IMG/VR virus record: IMGVR_UViG_2585427763_000002
Reading direction: 5' to 3' (one strand)
Origin: a virus
Taxonomy: Duplodnaviria; Heunggongvirae; Uroviricota; Caudoviricetes
DNA: 42,068 bases
Below are positions 17,496-27,360 of this stretch, in pieces. A program made the position numbers and the translations under genes. The notes under the pieces are model-generated. The model was given only the letters and a program-made list of their open reading frames with translations. It did not search any database and was not told the DNA's origin. Numbering within the stretch: the first letter of the stretch is position 1; each line of letters starts with the position of its first letter.

Positions 17496-17941
17496 ACAAC
17501 AGGTAAGAGCATTGAACCCGCAGACCTCGCGGAATTGGTGAAAGGTGCCGCGCAGTGCTCTTATCGTTGTGGTGAAGCTCAATGGCGAGCTAGCAGATAG
17601 GCGACAGTGAAAATACTAGTCATGTAGCTGACCGCCGCGCGTACTGCAATCGGCAGCGCACCGATGGAAGCCGGTTCGATTCCGGCCGCCACAACCCAAA
17701 CTGAGCCGTAGCCACTGGCTATCCTGAATTCATCAGTGATAGTTACGCTGCGGCCTTCTACATATGATCTTCGTGAAAGCGGGTGGAAGGAGGTCGCGCT
17801 AACAACCTCCTGCCGTTTTGCCCGTGCATATCGGTCACGAACAAATCTGATTACTAAACACAGTAGCCTGGATTTGTTCTATCAGTAATCGACCTTATTC
17901 CTAATTAAATAGAGCAAATCCCCTCAATGAAGGGGTAGAGC

Positions 17942-18145
17942 ATGTACCGTATGGACAAAATCAGAGAATGGTTCAGTTACAGCTTCGGAGGACTGACTGC
18001 GATGGGTGGCATTCTCTCCCTGAATGACTGGGCTGTCATCATTGGTATTCTTTGTACTGTCGGCACATTTGGCATCAACTGGTACTACAAGCGCAAAGAG
18101 CGCGAGGACAGATTGAATGGCAATGTCACCGGCACTACGAAATAG
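17942..18145 (+). CDS. Holin (pinholin-like)
   Basis: 67 aa, two hydrophobic segments and charged C-terminus; Met1 and Met4 as possible dual starts; precedes SAR endolysin. Confidence 0.7.
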   Translation: MYRMDKIREWFSYSFGGLTAMGGILSLNDWAVIIGILCTVGTFGINWYYKRKEREDRLNGNVTGTTK

Positions 18146-18620
18146 CGTAATAGCGGCGATAAGTGGCGGGGCTATTGCTATAGCATCTGTGTTAATCACT
18201 GGACCGAGTGGTAACTATGGTCTGGAAGGTGTCAGCTACATACCATACAAAGATATTGTTGGTGTATGGACTGTATGCCACGGGCACACCGGAAAAGACA
18301 TCATGCTCGGTAAAACGTATACCGAAGCAGAATGCAAAGCCCTCCTGAATAAAGACCTTGCCACGGTCGCCAGACAAATTAACCCGTACATCAAAGTCGA
18401 TATACCGGAAACAACGCGCGGCGCTCTTTACTCATTCGTTTACAACGTGGGTGCTGGCAATTTCAGAACATCGACGCTTCTTCGCAAAATAAACCAGGGC
18501 GATATCAAAGGCGCATGTGATCAGCTACGGCGCTGGACATACGCTGGCGGTAAGCAATGGAAAGGGCTGATGACTCGCCGTGAGATTGAGCGTGAAGTCT
18601 GTTTGTGGGGGCAACAATGA
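18123..18620 (+). CDS. R: SAR endolysin (T4-lysozyme-fold muramidase, phage 21 R-like)
   Basis: N-terminal Gly/Ala-rich signal-arrest-release helix [19 protein letters not shown]; catalytic E-x8-D-x5-T motif ([17 protein letters not shown]). Confidence 0.88.
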   Translation: MSPALRNSVIAAISGGAIAIASVLITGPSGNYGLEGVSYIPYKDIVGVWTVCHGHTGKDIMLGKTYTEAECKALLNKDLATVARQINPYIKVDIPETTRGALYSFVYNVGAGNFRTSTLLRKINQGDIKGACDQLRRWTYAGGKQWKGLMTRREIEREVCLWGQQ

Positions 18621-18712
18621 GCATGATTTGCTTTTTCATGGCAGCGTTGCTCGCATTGAATGGCAACGATGCGTGGCCGTGGTTTCTGGCCGTTGGGGTG
18701 TTGATGTCATGA
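18617..18712 (+). CDS. Small hydrophobic ORF between endolysin and Rz
   Basis: 31-aa [38 protein letters not shown]-coupled to endolysin stop and overlapping Rz start. Confidence 0.3.
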   Translation: MSMICFFMAALLALNGNDAWPWFLAVGVLMS

Positions 18713-19146
18713 GTCGGTTAACCGCGATTATCTCCGCTCTGATTATCTGCATCGTCGTCTGTCTGTCATGGGCGGTCAATCATTACCGTGATAACGCCAT
18801 GACCTACAAAGAGCAGCGCGATAAGGCCGCATCCACAATCGCTGACATGCAGAAGCGTCAACGTGATGTAGCAGAACTTGACGCCAGATACACAAAGGAG
18901 CTTGCTGATGCTAATGCGACTATCGAAAGTCTCCGTGCTGATGTTTCTGCTGGTCGTAAGCGCCTGCAAGTCGCCGCCACCTGTGCAAAGTCAACGACCG
19001 GAGCCAGCAGCATGGGCGATGGAGAAAGCCCAAGACTTACAGCAGATGCTGAACTCAATTATTACCGTCTCCGAAGTGGAATCGACAGGATAACCGCGCA
19101 GGTTAACTACCTGCAGGAATACATCAGGACGCAATGCCTTCGATGA
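18709..19146 (+). CDS. Rz: Rz i-spanin
   Basis: Start ATG 18709 after GGGGTG; N-terminal TM helix then coiled-coil periplasmic domain; Rz1 embedded in +1 frame. Confidence 0.8.
   Translation: MSRLTAIISALIICIVVCLSWAVNHYRDNAMTYKEQRDKAASTIADMQKRQRDVAELDARYTKELADANATIESLRADVSAGRKRLQVAATCAKSTTGASSMGDGESPRLTADAELNYYRLRSGIDRITAQVNYLQEYIRTQCLR
18914..19093 (+). CDS. Rz1: Rz1 o-spanin lipoprotein (embedded in Rz)
   Basis: [34 protein letters not shown]...: lipobox LVVSAC followed by Pro-rich segment. Confidence 0.7.
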   Translation: MRLSKVSVLMFLLVVSACKSPPPVQSQRPEPAAWAMEKAQDLQQMLNSIITVSEVESTG

Positions 19147-19319
19147 TAGCGATAATTTTACTCATCATCCTTCACATCTGGCTCTGTAGACAGGGTGATG
19201 ATCACTTCTGGAGTGAATCCAGATTAAACATCTCATTGCTGATGCTTGATATTGAGCATCTGGCGCGCGGTAAGGGGCTGCGTTGAGATAAGAGCCAGTC
19301 ATTACAAATACCAGGATTT

Positions 19320-19345
19320 AGCCTCGCATTTGCGGGGCTTTTTTA
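19320..19345 (+). terminator. Rho-independent terminator after lysis cassette
   Basis: AGCCTCGCA-TT-TGCGGGGCT followed by TTTTTT. Confidence 0.5.
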
Positions 19346-19492
19346 CATCTGCAGTAAACCGCGCATCGCAGCGCGTAACAATCCCGAGTCTTTCAGAAAG
19401 CTGAGCCTGAGAATTGCCGTATATGGTGGCGACCATCTCGGGGACGGCTTTTCTGTGCGAACAGGCTCATCTTTCTAAAAGGTAAAGACGCA

Positions 19493-20035
19493 ATGAACTA
19501 CCCAACCGTTGTTAACGATATAGATTTCAGAGACCTAATTTTTGTAGCAAACAACGATCCGGTTACAGATTCTTTTATGGTGGCAAAAGCATTTGGAAAG
19601 CTGCCGAAGAACGTGGTTCGTGACATTGAACGAACCATAGAAGCTTGCCCTCCTGAGTTTGATACAAAGCTCAACTTTGAGCTTTGCTATAAAAACAATG
19701 AGTTACAGAATGGTAAGCCGCAAAAATTCTACCGTCTCCGCAAGGATGGGTTGATGCTTTTGGTTATGTCCTACACCAAAAAAGAAGCAATGCGTATCAA
19801 AATTGCTTACATCAACGCATTCAACTGGATGTACGCCATGCTTCAGGTTGGTCATCGTCAATTTGAAGAAGAGAGAAATGCCGTAATGCTGGAGTACATG
19901 AAAGAGAAGGATGTTGCCAGCATGTCAGGTCGCCTGCTAAATCGCTGGGGAAAAATTAAGAAGCCTCAGCTACTGGCGAGAATTGAACGCCTTGAACAGC
20001 ACGGGCAAACCGTAATCCCCGGACTCACTAATTAA
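19493..20035 (+). CDS. Rha-family phage regulatory protein
   Basis: 180 aa; N-terminal ...DLIFVANNDPVTDSFMVAKAFGKLPKNVVRDIERTIE... typical of Phage_pRha. Confidence 0.7.
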   Translation: MNYPTVVNDIDFRDLIFVANNDPVTDSFMVAKAFGKLPKNVVRDIERTIEACPPEFDTKLNFELCYKNNELQNGKPQKFYRLRKDGLMLLVMSYTKKEAMRIKIAYINAFNWMYAMLQVGHRQFEEERNAVMLEYMKEKDVASMSGRLLNRWGKIKKPQLLARIERLEQHGQTVIPGLTN

Positions 20036-20262
20036 CGGCAGTACAGCGAAACAACCCAAGCCAGAAAGTGGGGAAATAACACTGGCAGCCACTGAAAGAT
20101 GAACCTCCAGCCTTATGGCAAAAAAGATTCTTTGTGGTGGCGGACTGATGGAAAGACATCGGTTATTGCAGAGACCATTCAATGAGTGGTCTCGACAATG
20201 GCTTATACCCTACACGGGATAACTTAACTGATATCCCTTTTAACGGATAAACGGAGCCAACA

Positions 20263-20505
20263 ATGGCAGAGATTATTCCCATGACTGAAGAACAGAAATT
20301 CCAGTTAGAGATTTACAAGCTGGTCATGAACCAGAACGCAGCTGCAGAGGAAGCATTTCAGTTCATTGGCACTGACGAGCTGAAGCTTGAGCTATTCAAA
20401 ATTCACTTCCAGTCAGGTGGCGCTAATTCAGATATCACGACCCGAACTATCGAAGCGGTGCGTAAATCGAAGGAAGCGTTAGACCTGTTCACTACCGGAG
20501 CATAA
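20263..20505 (+). CDS. Hypothetical protein upstream of terminase
   Basis: 80-aa ORF ending 3 nt before terminase small subunit. Confidence 0.5.
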   Translation: MAEIIPMTEEQKFQLEIYKLVMNQNAAAEEAFQFIGTDELKLELFKIHFQSGGANSDITTRTIEAVRKSKEALDLFTTGA

Positions 20506-20507
20506 AC

Positions 20508-20948
20508 ATGGCGCGCCCAACAAAGTATCAAGAGGCGTATGCCGAACAGGCACGCAAACTGTGCTTGCTGGGCTACACCGATGCAGAACTTGCTGATTTC
20601 TTTGAAGTCAGTGAGTCAACTATTAACAAGTGGAAGCTTGATTATCCTAAGTTTTCGGAGTCCATAAAAAAGGGTAAGGCCGTCGCTGATGCAGAAGTTA
20701 GTGACCGTCTTTATCAACGCGCTATGGGCTTCGTGGCTCCAGACATCGATATTCGTGTTATTGAAAACAGAATTGTCGAAACTCCGCTTGAGAAGTATTA
20801 CCCGCCTGATACAACCGCCGCCATCTTCTGGCTTAAGAACCGACAGAAGGATAAATGGCGCGACAAGGTTGATCACGAATTAACAGGCAAAGACGGCGGC
20901 GCAATCCAGATTGAAACATCACCGATGAGCACTCTATTCGGAAAATGA
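20508..20948 (+). CDS. Terminase small subunit
   Basis: 146 aa with N-terminal HTH-like segment; overlaps start of large terminase. Confidence 0.7.
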   Translation: MARPTKYQEAYAEQARKLCLLGYTDAELADFFEVSESTINKWKLDYPKFSESIKKGKAVADAEVSDRLYQRAMGFVAPDIDIRVIENRIVETPLEKYYPPDTTAAIFWLKNRQKDKWRDKVDHELTGKDGGAIQIETSPMSTLFGK

Positions 20949-22357
20949 CCTCGATTAATCCTATCTTTGAACCGTTTATTGAGGCGCATCGCTACAAAGT
21001 CGCCAAAGGCGGTCGAGGTAGCGGTAAGTCATGGGCAATTGCGAGACTGCTTGTTGAAGCGGCGCGTCGGCAGCCAGTGCGTATTCTCTGCGCTCGTGAA
21101 CTGCAAAACAGTATCAGCGATTCGGTAATCCGGTTGCTTGAAGATACCATCGAGCGTGAAGGGTATTCGGCTGAGTTTGAAATTCAGCGTTCAATGATTC
21201 GTCATCTCGGAACGAATGCTGAATTCATGTTCTACGGCATCAAAAACAACCCGACGAAGATTAAATCGCTCGAAGGTATTGATATCTGCTGGGTGGAAGA
21301 AGCGGAAGCGGTAACGAAGGAATCATGGGATATCCTGATTCCAACCATCCGTAAGCCGTTCTCTGAAATATGGGTGAGCTTCAACCCTAAGAACATCCTC
21401 GACGATACCTATCAGCGATTCGTCGTAAATCCTCCCGATGATATTTGTCTGCTGACGGTGAACTACACCGACAACCCGCATTTTCCTGAAGTTCTCCGTC
21501 TGGAGATGGAAGAGTGTAGACGCAGAAATCCGACACTGTATCGTCACATCTGGCTTGGTGAGCCGGTAAGCGCAAGTGATATGGCAATCATCAAACGTGA
21601 ATGGCTTGAAGCCGCAACCGATGCGCACAAGAAACTCGGATGGAAAGCGAAAGGCGCTGTTGTCTCTGCGCATGATCCATCAGATACAGGGCCGGATGCT
21701 AAAGGTTATGCATCGCGTCACGGTTCGGTAGTTAAGCGCATTGCCGAAGGTCTGCTGATGGACATCAACGAGGGTGCTGACTGGGCTACTTCGCTGGCTA
21801 TTGAAGACGGCGCTGACCATTACCTGTGGGATGGTGATGGTGTTGGTGCAGGTCTACGCAGACAGACAACGGAAGCGTTCTCCGGTAAGAAAATCACCGC
21901 CACGATGTTCAAGGGCAGCGAATCGCCATTCGATGAAGATGCTCCGTATCAGGCCGGAGCATGGGCTGATGAAGTCGTACAGGGCGACAACGTTCGCACT
22001 ATTGGCGATGTATTCCGCAATAAGCGAGCGCAATTCTATTACGCGCTGGCTGACAGGCTGTATCTGACATATCGGGCGGTTGTTCACGGTGAGTATGCAG
22101 ACCCCGACGACATGCTGAGTTTCGACAAAGAAGCGATAGGCGAGAAGATGCTGGAGAAGCTGTTTGCAGAACTTACGCAGATTCAGCGCAAATTCAATAA
22201 CAACGGGAAGCTGGAGCTTATGACTAAGGTCGAAATGAAGCAGAAGCTCGGTATTCCATCTCCTAACCTGGCTGATGCGCTGATGATGTGTATGCATTGC
22301 CCGGCATTGGTCCGCGAAGAAACAGAAATATACGTTCCCTCATCCTCCGGTTGGTAA
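20945..22357 (+). CDS. Terminase large subunit (ATPase/nuclease)
   Basis: 470 aa; Walker A-like VAKGGRGSGKS and Walker B/acidic ICWVEEAE. Confidence 0.9.
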   Translation: MTSINPIFEPFIEAHRYKVAKGGRGSGKSWAIARLLVEAARRQPVRILCARELQNSISDSVIRLLEDTIEREGYSAEFEIQRSMIRHLGTNAEFMFYGIKNNPTKIKSLEGIDICWVEEAEAVTKESWDILIPTIRKPFSEIWVSFNPKNILDDTYQRFVVNPPDDICLLTVNYTDNPHFPEVLRLEMEECRRRNPTLYRHIWLGEPVSASDMAIIKREWLEAATDAHKKLGWKAKGAVVSAHDPSDTGPDAKGYASRHGSVVKRIAEGLLMDINEGADWATSLAIEDGADHYLWDGDGVGAGLRRQTTEAFSGKKITATMFKGSESPFDEDAPYQAGAWADEVVQGDNVRTIGDVFRNKRAQFYYALADRLYLTYRAVVHGEYADPDDMLSFDKEAIGEKMLEKLFAELTQIQRKFNNNGKLELMTKVEMKQKLGIPSPNLADALMMCMHCPALVREETEIYVPSSSGW

Positions 22358-22359
22358 AC

Positions 22360-24486
22360 ATGGCAGAGACATTAGAGAAAAAACATGAGCGGATCATGCT
22401 CAGGTTTGACCGCGCCTATTCTCCACAGCAGGAAGTGCGCGAAAAGTGCATTGAAGCTACGAGGTTTGCTCGTGTCCCCGGAGGTCAATGGGAAGGAGCA
22501 ACGGCGGCTGGAACTAAGCTTGATGAGCAGTTCGAGAAGTATCCTAAGTTTGAAATCAATAAGGTAGCAACTGAACTTAACCGCATCATTGCAGAATACC
22601 GCAATAACAGAATCACCGTTAAGTTTCGTCCTGGTGACAGAGAGGCAAGCGAAGAGTTAGCCAATAAATTAAATGGTCTGTTCCGTGCTGACTACGAAGA
22701 AACTGATGGTGGTGAGGCTTGCGATAATGCATTTGACGACGCTGCTACTGGTGGTTTCGGTTGCTTCCGTTTGACGTCTATGCTGGTCAATGAATACGAC
22801 CCCATGGACGATCGTCAGCGCATTGCTATTGAACCAATATACGACCCGTCGCGCTCTGTGTGGTTTGACCCTGACGCTAAGAAGTACGACAAATCTGACG
22901 CGTTGTGGGCGTTCTGCATGTATTCGTTGTCACCTGAAAAATATGAGGCTGAATACGGAAAGAAACCTCCTGCTTCTCTGGACGTAACGTCTATGACCAG
23001 TTGGGAATATGACTGGTTTGATGCAGATGTTATTTACATAGCGAAGTATTACGAAGTTCGTAAAGAGTCTGTTGATGTTATCAGTTATCGACATCCAATC
23101 ACTGGAGAGATTGCAACATATGACAGTGATCAGGTCGAAGATATTGAAGATGAACTGGCAATAGCTGGATTTCAGGAAGTTGCAAGGCGCTCAGTGAAGC
23201 GCCGTCGTGTGTATGTATCAGTAGTGGATGGTGATGGTTTCCTTGAGAAACCTAGACGTATCCCTGGTGAGCATATCCCCCTCATCCCGGTTTATGGAAA
23301 ACGCTGGTTCATTGATGACATTGAGCGTGTCGAAGGGCACATTGCAAAAGCAATGGATCCACAGCGTTTGTACAACCTTCAGGTTTCAATGCTGGCTGAT
23401 ACTGCAGCGCAAGACCCCGGTCAGATACCTATAGTTGGCATGGAGCAAATTCGTGGACTTGAGAAGCACTGGGAGGCTCGCAACAAGAAACGCCCAGCGT
23501 TCTTGCCGTTGCGCGAAGTGAGAGATAAATCTGGCAACATTATCGCTGGAGCTACCCCGGCAGGATATACACAGCCTGCGGTTATGAATCAGGCATTGGC
23601 TGCATTACTACAGCAAACCAGTGCAGATATTCAGGAGGTTACAGGCGGCAGTCAGGCCATGCAGCAGATGCCAAGTAATATTGCTCAGGAAACGGTTAAC
23701 AACTTGATGAACAGAGCAGATATGGCTTCGTTTATCTATCTGGACAATATGGCGAAAAGTCTTAAACGCGCTGGTGAAGTATGGCTGTCAATGGCGCGTG
23801 AAGTGTACGGTTCAGAACGTGAAGTGCGCATCGTTAACGAAGATGGAAGTGATGATATCGCTGTCATGAGCGCACAGGTTGTTGACAGGCAAACAGGGGC
23901 TGTTGTTGCGTTAAATGACCTTTCTGTCGGTCGATACGATGTGACGGTTGATGTTGGACCAAGCTACACAGCACGACGTGATGCAACGGTTTCTGTACTG
24001 ACAAATGTCCTTAGCTCTATGCTTCCAACAGACCCAATGCGCCCGGCAATTCAGGGTATTATTCTGGACAATATCGATGGCGAAGGCCTTGATGACTTCA
24101 AAGAGTACAACCGAAACCAACTGCTGATATCTGGTATTGTAAAACCACGCAATGAGAAAGAGCAGCAGATTGTTCAACAGGCGCAAATGGCAGCACAAAG
24201 CCAGCCAAATCCTGAAATGGTTCTCGCTCAGGCGCAAATGGTAGCAGCGCAGGCAGAAGCGCAAAAAGCAACTAACGAAACTGCTCAAACTCAAATCAAA
24301 GCATTTACTGCCCAGCAGGATGCGATGGAGAGTCAGGCAAACACTGTCTATAAACTGGCTCAAGCCAGAAACATCGATGACAAAGCAGTGATGGAGGCAA
24401 TACGCCTTCTGAAAGATGTCGCTGAGTCACAACAACAGCAATTCCAGTCACCACCACAGTCACCGGCAGACTTAATGCCGAGTTAA
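22360..24486 (+). CDS. Portal protein, P22/Sf6 type
   Basis: 708 aa from ATG 22360 directly after terminase stop; long Gln/Ala-rich helical C-terminal barrel. Confidence 0.85.
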   Translation: MAETLEKKHERIMLRFDRAYSPQQEVREKCIEATRFARVPGGQWEGATAAGTKLDEQFEKYPKFEINKVATELNRIIAEYRNNRITVKFRPGDREASEELANKLNGLFRADYEETDGGEACDNAFDDAATGGFGCFRLTSMLVNEYDPMDDRQRIAIEPIYDPSRSVWFDPDAKKYDKSDALWAFCMYSLSPEKYEAEYGKKPPASLDVTSMTSWEYDWFDADVIYIAKYYEVRKESVDVISYRHPITGEIATYDSDQVEDIEDELAIAGFQEVARRSVKRRRVYVSVVDGDGFLEKPRRIPGEHIPLIPVYGKRWFIDDIERVEGHIAKAMDPQRLYNLQVSMLADTAAQDPGQIPIVGMEQIRGLEKHWEARNKKRPAFLPLREVRDKSGNIIAGATPAGYTQPAVMNQALAALLQQTSADIQEVTGGSQAMQQMPSNIAQETVNNLMNRADMASFIYLDNMAKSLKRAGEVWLSMAREVYGSEREVRIVNEDGSDDIAVMSAQVVDRQTGAVVALNDLSVGRYDVTVDVGPSYTARRDATVSVLTNVLSSMLPTDPMRPAIQGIILDNIDGEGLDDFKEYNRNQLLISGIVKPRNEKEQQIVQQAQMAAQSQPNPEMVLAQAQMVAAQAEAQKATNETAQTQIKAFTAQQDAMESQANTVYKLAQARNIDDKAVMEAIRLLKDVAESQQQQFQSPPQSPADLMPS

Positions 24487-24499
24487 CCAGGAGTAATCA

Positions 24500-25384
24500 A
24501 TGGAAAACGAACTGATCATCGACGGTCAGGTTATTGACCTGTCTGAAACACAGGAAAATGCAGAAGAAACCATCATCCAAACAGAGTCACAGCCTGAGAA
24601 TGAAAGCCAGGATGACAACGGAAAAGAGATGGCAACTGATCCTGAAAAAACCGAAGAGACACCAGAAGATTACGCCTTGCGTATTGGTGATGAAGAAATT
24701 CAGCTTAACGCTGACGATGATGATCACATTGACGGGCAACCTGCACCGCAATGGGTGAAAGATCTTCGCAAAGGCTTCAAAGAAACACAGAAAGAAAACC
24801 GTGAGTTGCGCCGCCAGCTTGAGGAAGCGTTAGCCAAGCCTGCGGAACATCAGCAACCACAACCAGACGCTATTCCACCAAAACCGACTCTTGAGTCGTG
24901 TGATTATGACGAACAGGCGTTTGAACAGGCATTGACTGATTGGCATGAGAAAAAAGGCCGTGTCGAACAGCAGCAGCAACAAAAAATACGTCAGCAACAG
25001 GAATACCAACAGCGTTTCCAGCAAAGGGTAGAAGCGCATAAACAACGGGCAGCCAAACTTCCTGTGAAAGATTATCAGGAAATGGAGGCCATTGTTCTTA
25101 GTGAGCTACCACCAATTCAGCAGGAAATCATCATTCACTGTGCAGACGAAGGCTCTGAACTACTCGCCTATGGATTAGGTAAGAGCCAGCAATTACGCCA
25201 GCGTGTAGCCGCTGAGACAGATCCAATTCGCGCAGCATTCCTCTTGGGGCAGATTAGCAAACAGGTAAGCCTTGCCCCAAAACCAAAGAAAGCCATCAAG
25301 CCAGAGCCGGAAGTACGCGGTGGCGGTGCTGATGCGAAACAAGACGAATTCAACAAATTATGCCCCGGCGCAAAAATCGAATAA
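24500..25384 (+). CDS. Scaffolding protein
   Basis: 294 aa, highly charged and helical, between portal and coat as for P22 gp8. Confidence 0.7.
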   Translation: MENELIIDGQVIDLSETQENAEETIIQTESQPENESQDDNGKEMATDPEKTEETPEDYALRIGDEEIQLNADDDDHIDGQPAPQWVKDLRKGFKETQKENRELRRQLEEALAKPAEHQQPQPDAIPPKPTLESCDYDEQAFEQALTDWHEKKGRVEQQQQQKIRQQQEYQQRFQQRVEAHKQRAAKLPVKDYQEMEAIVLSELPPIQQEIIIHCADEGSELLAYGLGKSQQLRQRVAAETDPIRAAFLLGQISKQVSLAPKPKKAIKPEPEVRGGGADAKQDEFNKLCPGAKIE

Positions 25385-25395
25385 GGAAAAGATAA

Positions 25396-26667
25396 ATGCC
25401 TAACAATCTCGACAGTAACGTCAGTCAAATCGTTCTGAAAAAATTCCTCCCGGGTTTTATGTCAGATTTAGTTCTGGCGAAAACCGTAGACCGTCAGTTG
25501 CTGGCAGGTGAAATCAACTCCAGCACTGGCGATAGCGTTAGCTTTAAACGTCCGCATCAATTCTCATCCCTCCGTACTCCCACTGGTGATATTTCAGGGC
25601 AAAATAAAAACAACCTGATCTCAGGTAAAGCTACGGGGCGTGTAGGTAACTACATCACTGTTGCTGTTGAATATCAGCAACTGGAGGAAGCGATCAAGCT
25701 TAACCAACTGGAAGAAATTCTCGCGCCGGTTCGCCAGCGAATCGTTACCGACCTTGAAACAGAGCTTGCTCACTTCATGATGAATAACGGTGCGTTGTCA
25801 CTTGGTAGCCCCAATACTCCAATCACCAAATGGTCTGATGTTGCGCAGACGGCATCTTTCCTGAAAGACCTCGGCGTTAATGAAGGTGAAAACTATGCTG
25901 TAATGGATCCATGGTCTGCACAGCGACTTGCTGATGCGCAGACTGGTTTGCGCGCTTCAGATCAATTGGTTCGTACTGCATGGGAGAATGCACAGATCCC
26001 AACCAATTTTGGCGGCATTCGCGCACTGATGTCTAATGGGCTTGCCTCTCGTACGCAGGGGGCATTTGGCGGAACACTGACAGTCAAAACACAGCCAACT
26101 GTTACCTATAACGCAGTTAAAGACTCATACCAGTTCACTGTAACATTGACCGGAGCGACAGCCAGCGTTACAGGTTTTCTGAAAGCTGGTGATCAGGTTA
26201 AATTCACCAATACCTACTGGCTGCAACAGCAGACCAAACAGGCGTTGTATAACGGAGCCACACCAATTAGCTTCACTGCAACGGTTACTGCTGATGCTAA
26301 TTCAGACAGCAGTGGCAATGTGACGGTTACGCTTTCTGGTGTTCCGATTTATGACACTACAAACCCGCAGTACAACTCTGTAAGTCGTCAGGTAGCGGCA
26401 AACGATGCCGTATCTGTAGTAGGCACTGCTAGCCAGACAATGAAGCCAAACCTGTTCTATAACAAGTTCTTCTGTGGACTTGGCTCTATCCCACTGCCGA
26501 AACTGCACAGTATTGATTCTGCTGTTGCAACATATGAAGGTTTCTCCATCCGCGTACATAAATACGCAGATGGCGATGCCAACGTGCAAAAAATGCGCTT
26601 TGACTTACTGCCTGCATATGTGTGCTTTAACCCTCACATGGGCGGTCAGTTCTTCGGTAATCCGTAA
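25396..26667 (+). CDS. Major coat protein, P22/Sf6 type
   Basis: 423 aa (size recalled for Sf6 coat); position after scaffold; strong terminator follows. Confidence 0.8.
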   Translation: MPNNLDSNVSQIVLKKFLPGFMSDLVLAKTVDRQLLAGEINSSTGDSVSFKRPHQFSSLRTPTGDISGQNKNNLISGKATGRVGNYITVAVEYQQLEEAIKLNQLEEILAPVRQRIVTDLETELAHFMMNNGALSLGSPNTPITKWSDVAQTASFLKDLGVNEGENYAVMDPWSAQRLADAQTGLRASDQLVRTAWENAQIPTNFGGIRALMSNGLASRTQGAFGGTLTVKTQPTVTYNAVKDSYQFTVTLTGATASVTGFLKAGDQVKFTNTYWLQQQTKQALYNGATPISFTATVTADANSDSSGNVTVTLSGVPIYDTTNPQYNSVSRQVAANDAVSVVGTASQTMKPNLFYNKFFCGLGSIPLPKLHSIDSAVATYEGFSIRVHKYADGDANVQKMRFDLLPAYVCFNPHMGGQFFGNP

Positions 26668-26671
26668 TAAC

Positions 26672-26698
26672 AAGGGGCTTCCGCCCCTTTTATGTTTT
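26672..26698 (+). terminator. Rho-independent terminator after coat gene
   Basis: GGGGC-TTCC-GCCCC followed by TTTTATGTTTT. Confidence 0.6.
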
Positions 26699-26709
26699 AA
26701 GGAAACAAT

Positions 26710-26895
26710 ATGGATCGCATGAGTGTATTCCTTGCCGCAGATAACGAATCCGGACATGTACAGGCCGTTATCGCAGAAAAAGACTTCCAGTTTTTCGAAA
26801 AGTTGGGCTTTGTTGCCTCAGTTGATGAATTGAAACCGACCAGTAAGCGAGGTCGTAAGGCGGCAGACAATGGCAACAGTACTGACAAAGGGTGA
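26710..26895 (+). CDS. Hypothetical small protein
   Basis: 61-aa ORF with RBS AAGGAAACAATATG. Confidence 0.45.
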   Translation: MDRMSVFLAADNESGHVQAVIAEKDFQFFEKLGFVASVDELKPTSKRGRKAADNGNSTDKG

Positions 26896-27352
26896 GATCG
26901 TCCTTTTTGCGCTTCGTAAGTTTGCTATTGCTTCTAACGCATCGCTGACTGATGTTGAGCCGCAATCAATTGAAGATGGTGTAAATGATCTGGAAGATAT
27001 GATGTCCGAGTGGATGATTAACCCCGGCGACATTGGTTACGCTTTCGCAACTGGAGATGATCAGCCATTACCAGATGATGAGTCAGGCCTTCCAAGAAAA
27101 TACAAACACGCAGTAGGCTATCAGTTATTGCTGAGAATGCTATCTGATTACAGTCTTGAGCCAACTCCACAAGTTCTCAGTAACGCCCAACGCTCATATG
27201 ATGCCTTGATGACCGACACTCTGGTTGTTCCTTCAATGCGACGACGTGGAGATTTTCCTGTAGGACAGGGTAATAAATATGACGTGTTCACATCTGACCG
27301 ATATTATCCAGGCGATCTCCCTCTGATTGATGGCGATATCCCAAACGCATAG
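26870..27352 (+). CDS. Head-to-tail adaptor, P22 gp4-like
   Basis: 160 aa; N-terminal ...FALRKFAIASNASLTDVEPQS... resembles P22 gp4. Confidence 0.7.
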   Translation: MATVLTKGEIVLFALRKFAIASNASLTDVEPQSIEDGVNDLEDMMSEWMINPGDIGYAFATGDDQPLPDDESGLPRKYKHAVGYQLLLRMLSDYSLEPTPQVLSNAQRSYDALMTDTLVVPSMRRRGDFPVGQGNKYDVFTSDRYYPGDLPLIDGDIPNA

Positions 27353-27360
27353 GTGAATAA

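Noticed and set aside
17622-17697. Canonical tRNA gene suggested by a perfect T-arm (GGTTCGATTCC)
   Set aside because: No 7-bp acceptor stem or D-arm can be paired and the anticodon-loop positions 33 and 37 are atypical; kept only as a tRNA-like element in findings
19147-20262. cos site or lambda-type Nu1/A terminase expected downstream of the lysis genes
   Set aside because: The terminase, portal and coat are P22/Sf6-like, which package by a headful (pac) mechanism; no cohesive-end site motif was identified
23911-24363. 150-aa minus-strand ORF inside the portal gene
   Set aside because: Antisense to the conserved portal reading frame; low-complexity translation
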